DNA from: a virus
Reading direction: 5' to 3' (one strand)
Length of the DNA stretch: 5,365 bases
IMG/VR virus record: IMGVR_UViG_3300007505_000246
Location: 1-5,365 of that record
The translations under genes and the position numbers were made by a program. The notes below the pieces were generated by a model. It searched no databases, was not told the DNA's origin, and saw only the letters and a list, made by a program, of their open reading frames with translations. Within the stretch, counting starts at the first letter, position 1. Every line of letters starts with the position of its first letter. Positions 5,002 to 5,365 of the stretch are shown one piece after another.

Positions 5002-5365
5002 TAGATTTTATCCTTAGAGTTAGAGTAAATATCCGCACGAGCTTCAATATTTTTCACAGCCTGTGCGTTTTCAGCTGTGTATTGTTTTTCAAGAATATAA
5101 TTAGTTACTTGCGACGGATCAATTTTCTGATCGCGGACTGCACGCGCTGACATGTCAGACATTTCTTTTTTGAAGCGTAAGTGCCCCAACGTTTTGTATT
5201 CTTCATAAAGACCCATCCTTTGTAAGATTTTATCGCGCATATAACGATCTAGCATTAAAGATTTTCCGTTGACAACGAGTTTGCGCGGGATATCACCAGT
5301 AGCAAGCATGTGAGAGCGAACACTGACAGAATCGAAACAATCAACAAGCTGGTCGACATAATTAA
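4490..5365. repeat. Second copy of the 876-nt terminal redundancy (same as 1-876)
   Basis: Same evidence as for 1-876. The implied unit genome length is 4489 nt, which is typical of small Microviridae. Confidence 0.93.
5001..5365 (-). CDS. Replication initiator VP4, C-terminal part, cut by the window edge; duplicate of 512-876
   Basis: Same sequence as 512-876. Track ORF 5001-5309 merely begins at an internal Met (MLATGDIPRK...) of the same protein. Confidence 0.88.
   Translation of the reverse strand, partial: NYVDQLVDCFDSVSVRSHMLATGDIPRKLVVNGKSLMLDRYMRDKILQRMGLYEEYKTLGHLRFKKEMSDMSARAVRDQKIDPSQVTNYILEKQYTAENAQAVKNIEARADIYSNSKDKI

Noticed and set aside
5001-5309. 102-aa ORF listed as a separate gene
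   Set aside because: It is just the C-terminal part of VP4 in the wrap-around copy, starting at an internal Met because the window ends before the true start.
1-5365. Search for tRNA, rRNA, CRISPR repeats, integrase/att sites or toxin-antitoxin or defence genes
   Set aside because: I saw no regularly spaced short repeats and no cloverleaf-like or rRNA-like segments. The phage genes described account for essentially all of the coding capacity.

Overview
The window is a complete, circularly permuted ssDNA phage genome of the family Microviridae (non-phiX, gokushovirus-like), not a piece of a bacterial chromosome. Bases 1-876 match 4490-5365 at a constant offset of 4489, so it is one 4489-nt circular unit plus 876 nt of wrap-around. 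All credible genes are on the minus strand, which is therefore the mRNA-sense (virion) strand, and they are tightly packed. In order of transcription they are: major capsid VP1/F-like (3490-5001); a possible 43-aa micro-ORF (3359-3490); a 157-aa acidic, charged-helix protein that may be a VP3-like scaffold (2893-3366); a 62-nt intergenic region with a perfect 10-bp GC-rich hairpin; a very arginine-rich orphan of 134-145 aa (2393-2797/2830); the DNA pilot protein VP2/H-like (1592-2377); a 35-aa hyper-basic J-like ORF missing from the supplied track (1470-1577, with a consensus AAGGAGG Shine-Dalgarno (SD) site); and the HUH rolling-circle replication initiator VP4/A-like (512-1468). The VP4 stop overlaps the VP1 start as TAATG. 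The points most worth follow-up are the two unrecognisable proteins between capsid and pilot genes, which make an apparently non-canonical gene order. Also of interest are the two separate hyper-basic proteins, the intergenic hairpin as a candidate origin or terminator, and the lack of any recognisable lysis gene. On lysis, several hydrophobic +1-frame embedded ORFs exist, but they are mostly explained by T-ending codon bias. I saw no tRNA, rRNA, CRISPR, integrase or transposase signal. All protein calls rest on recognised motifs and architecture, not on database searches.
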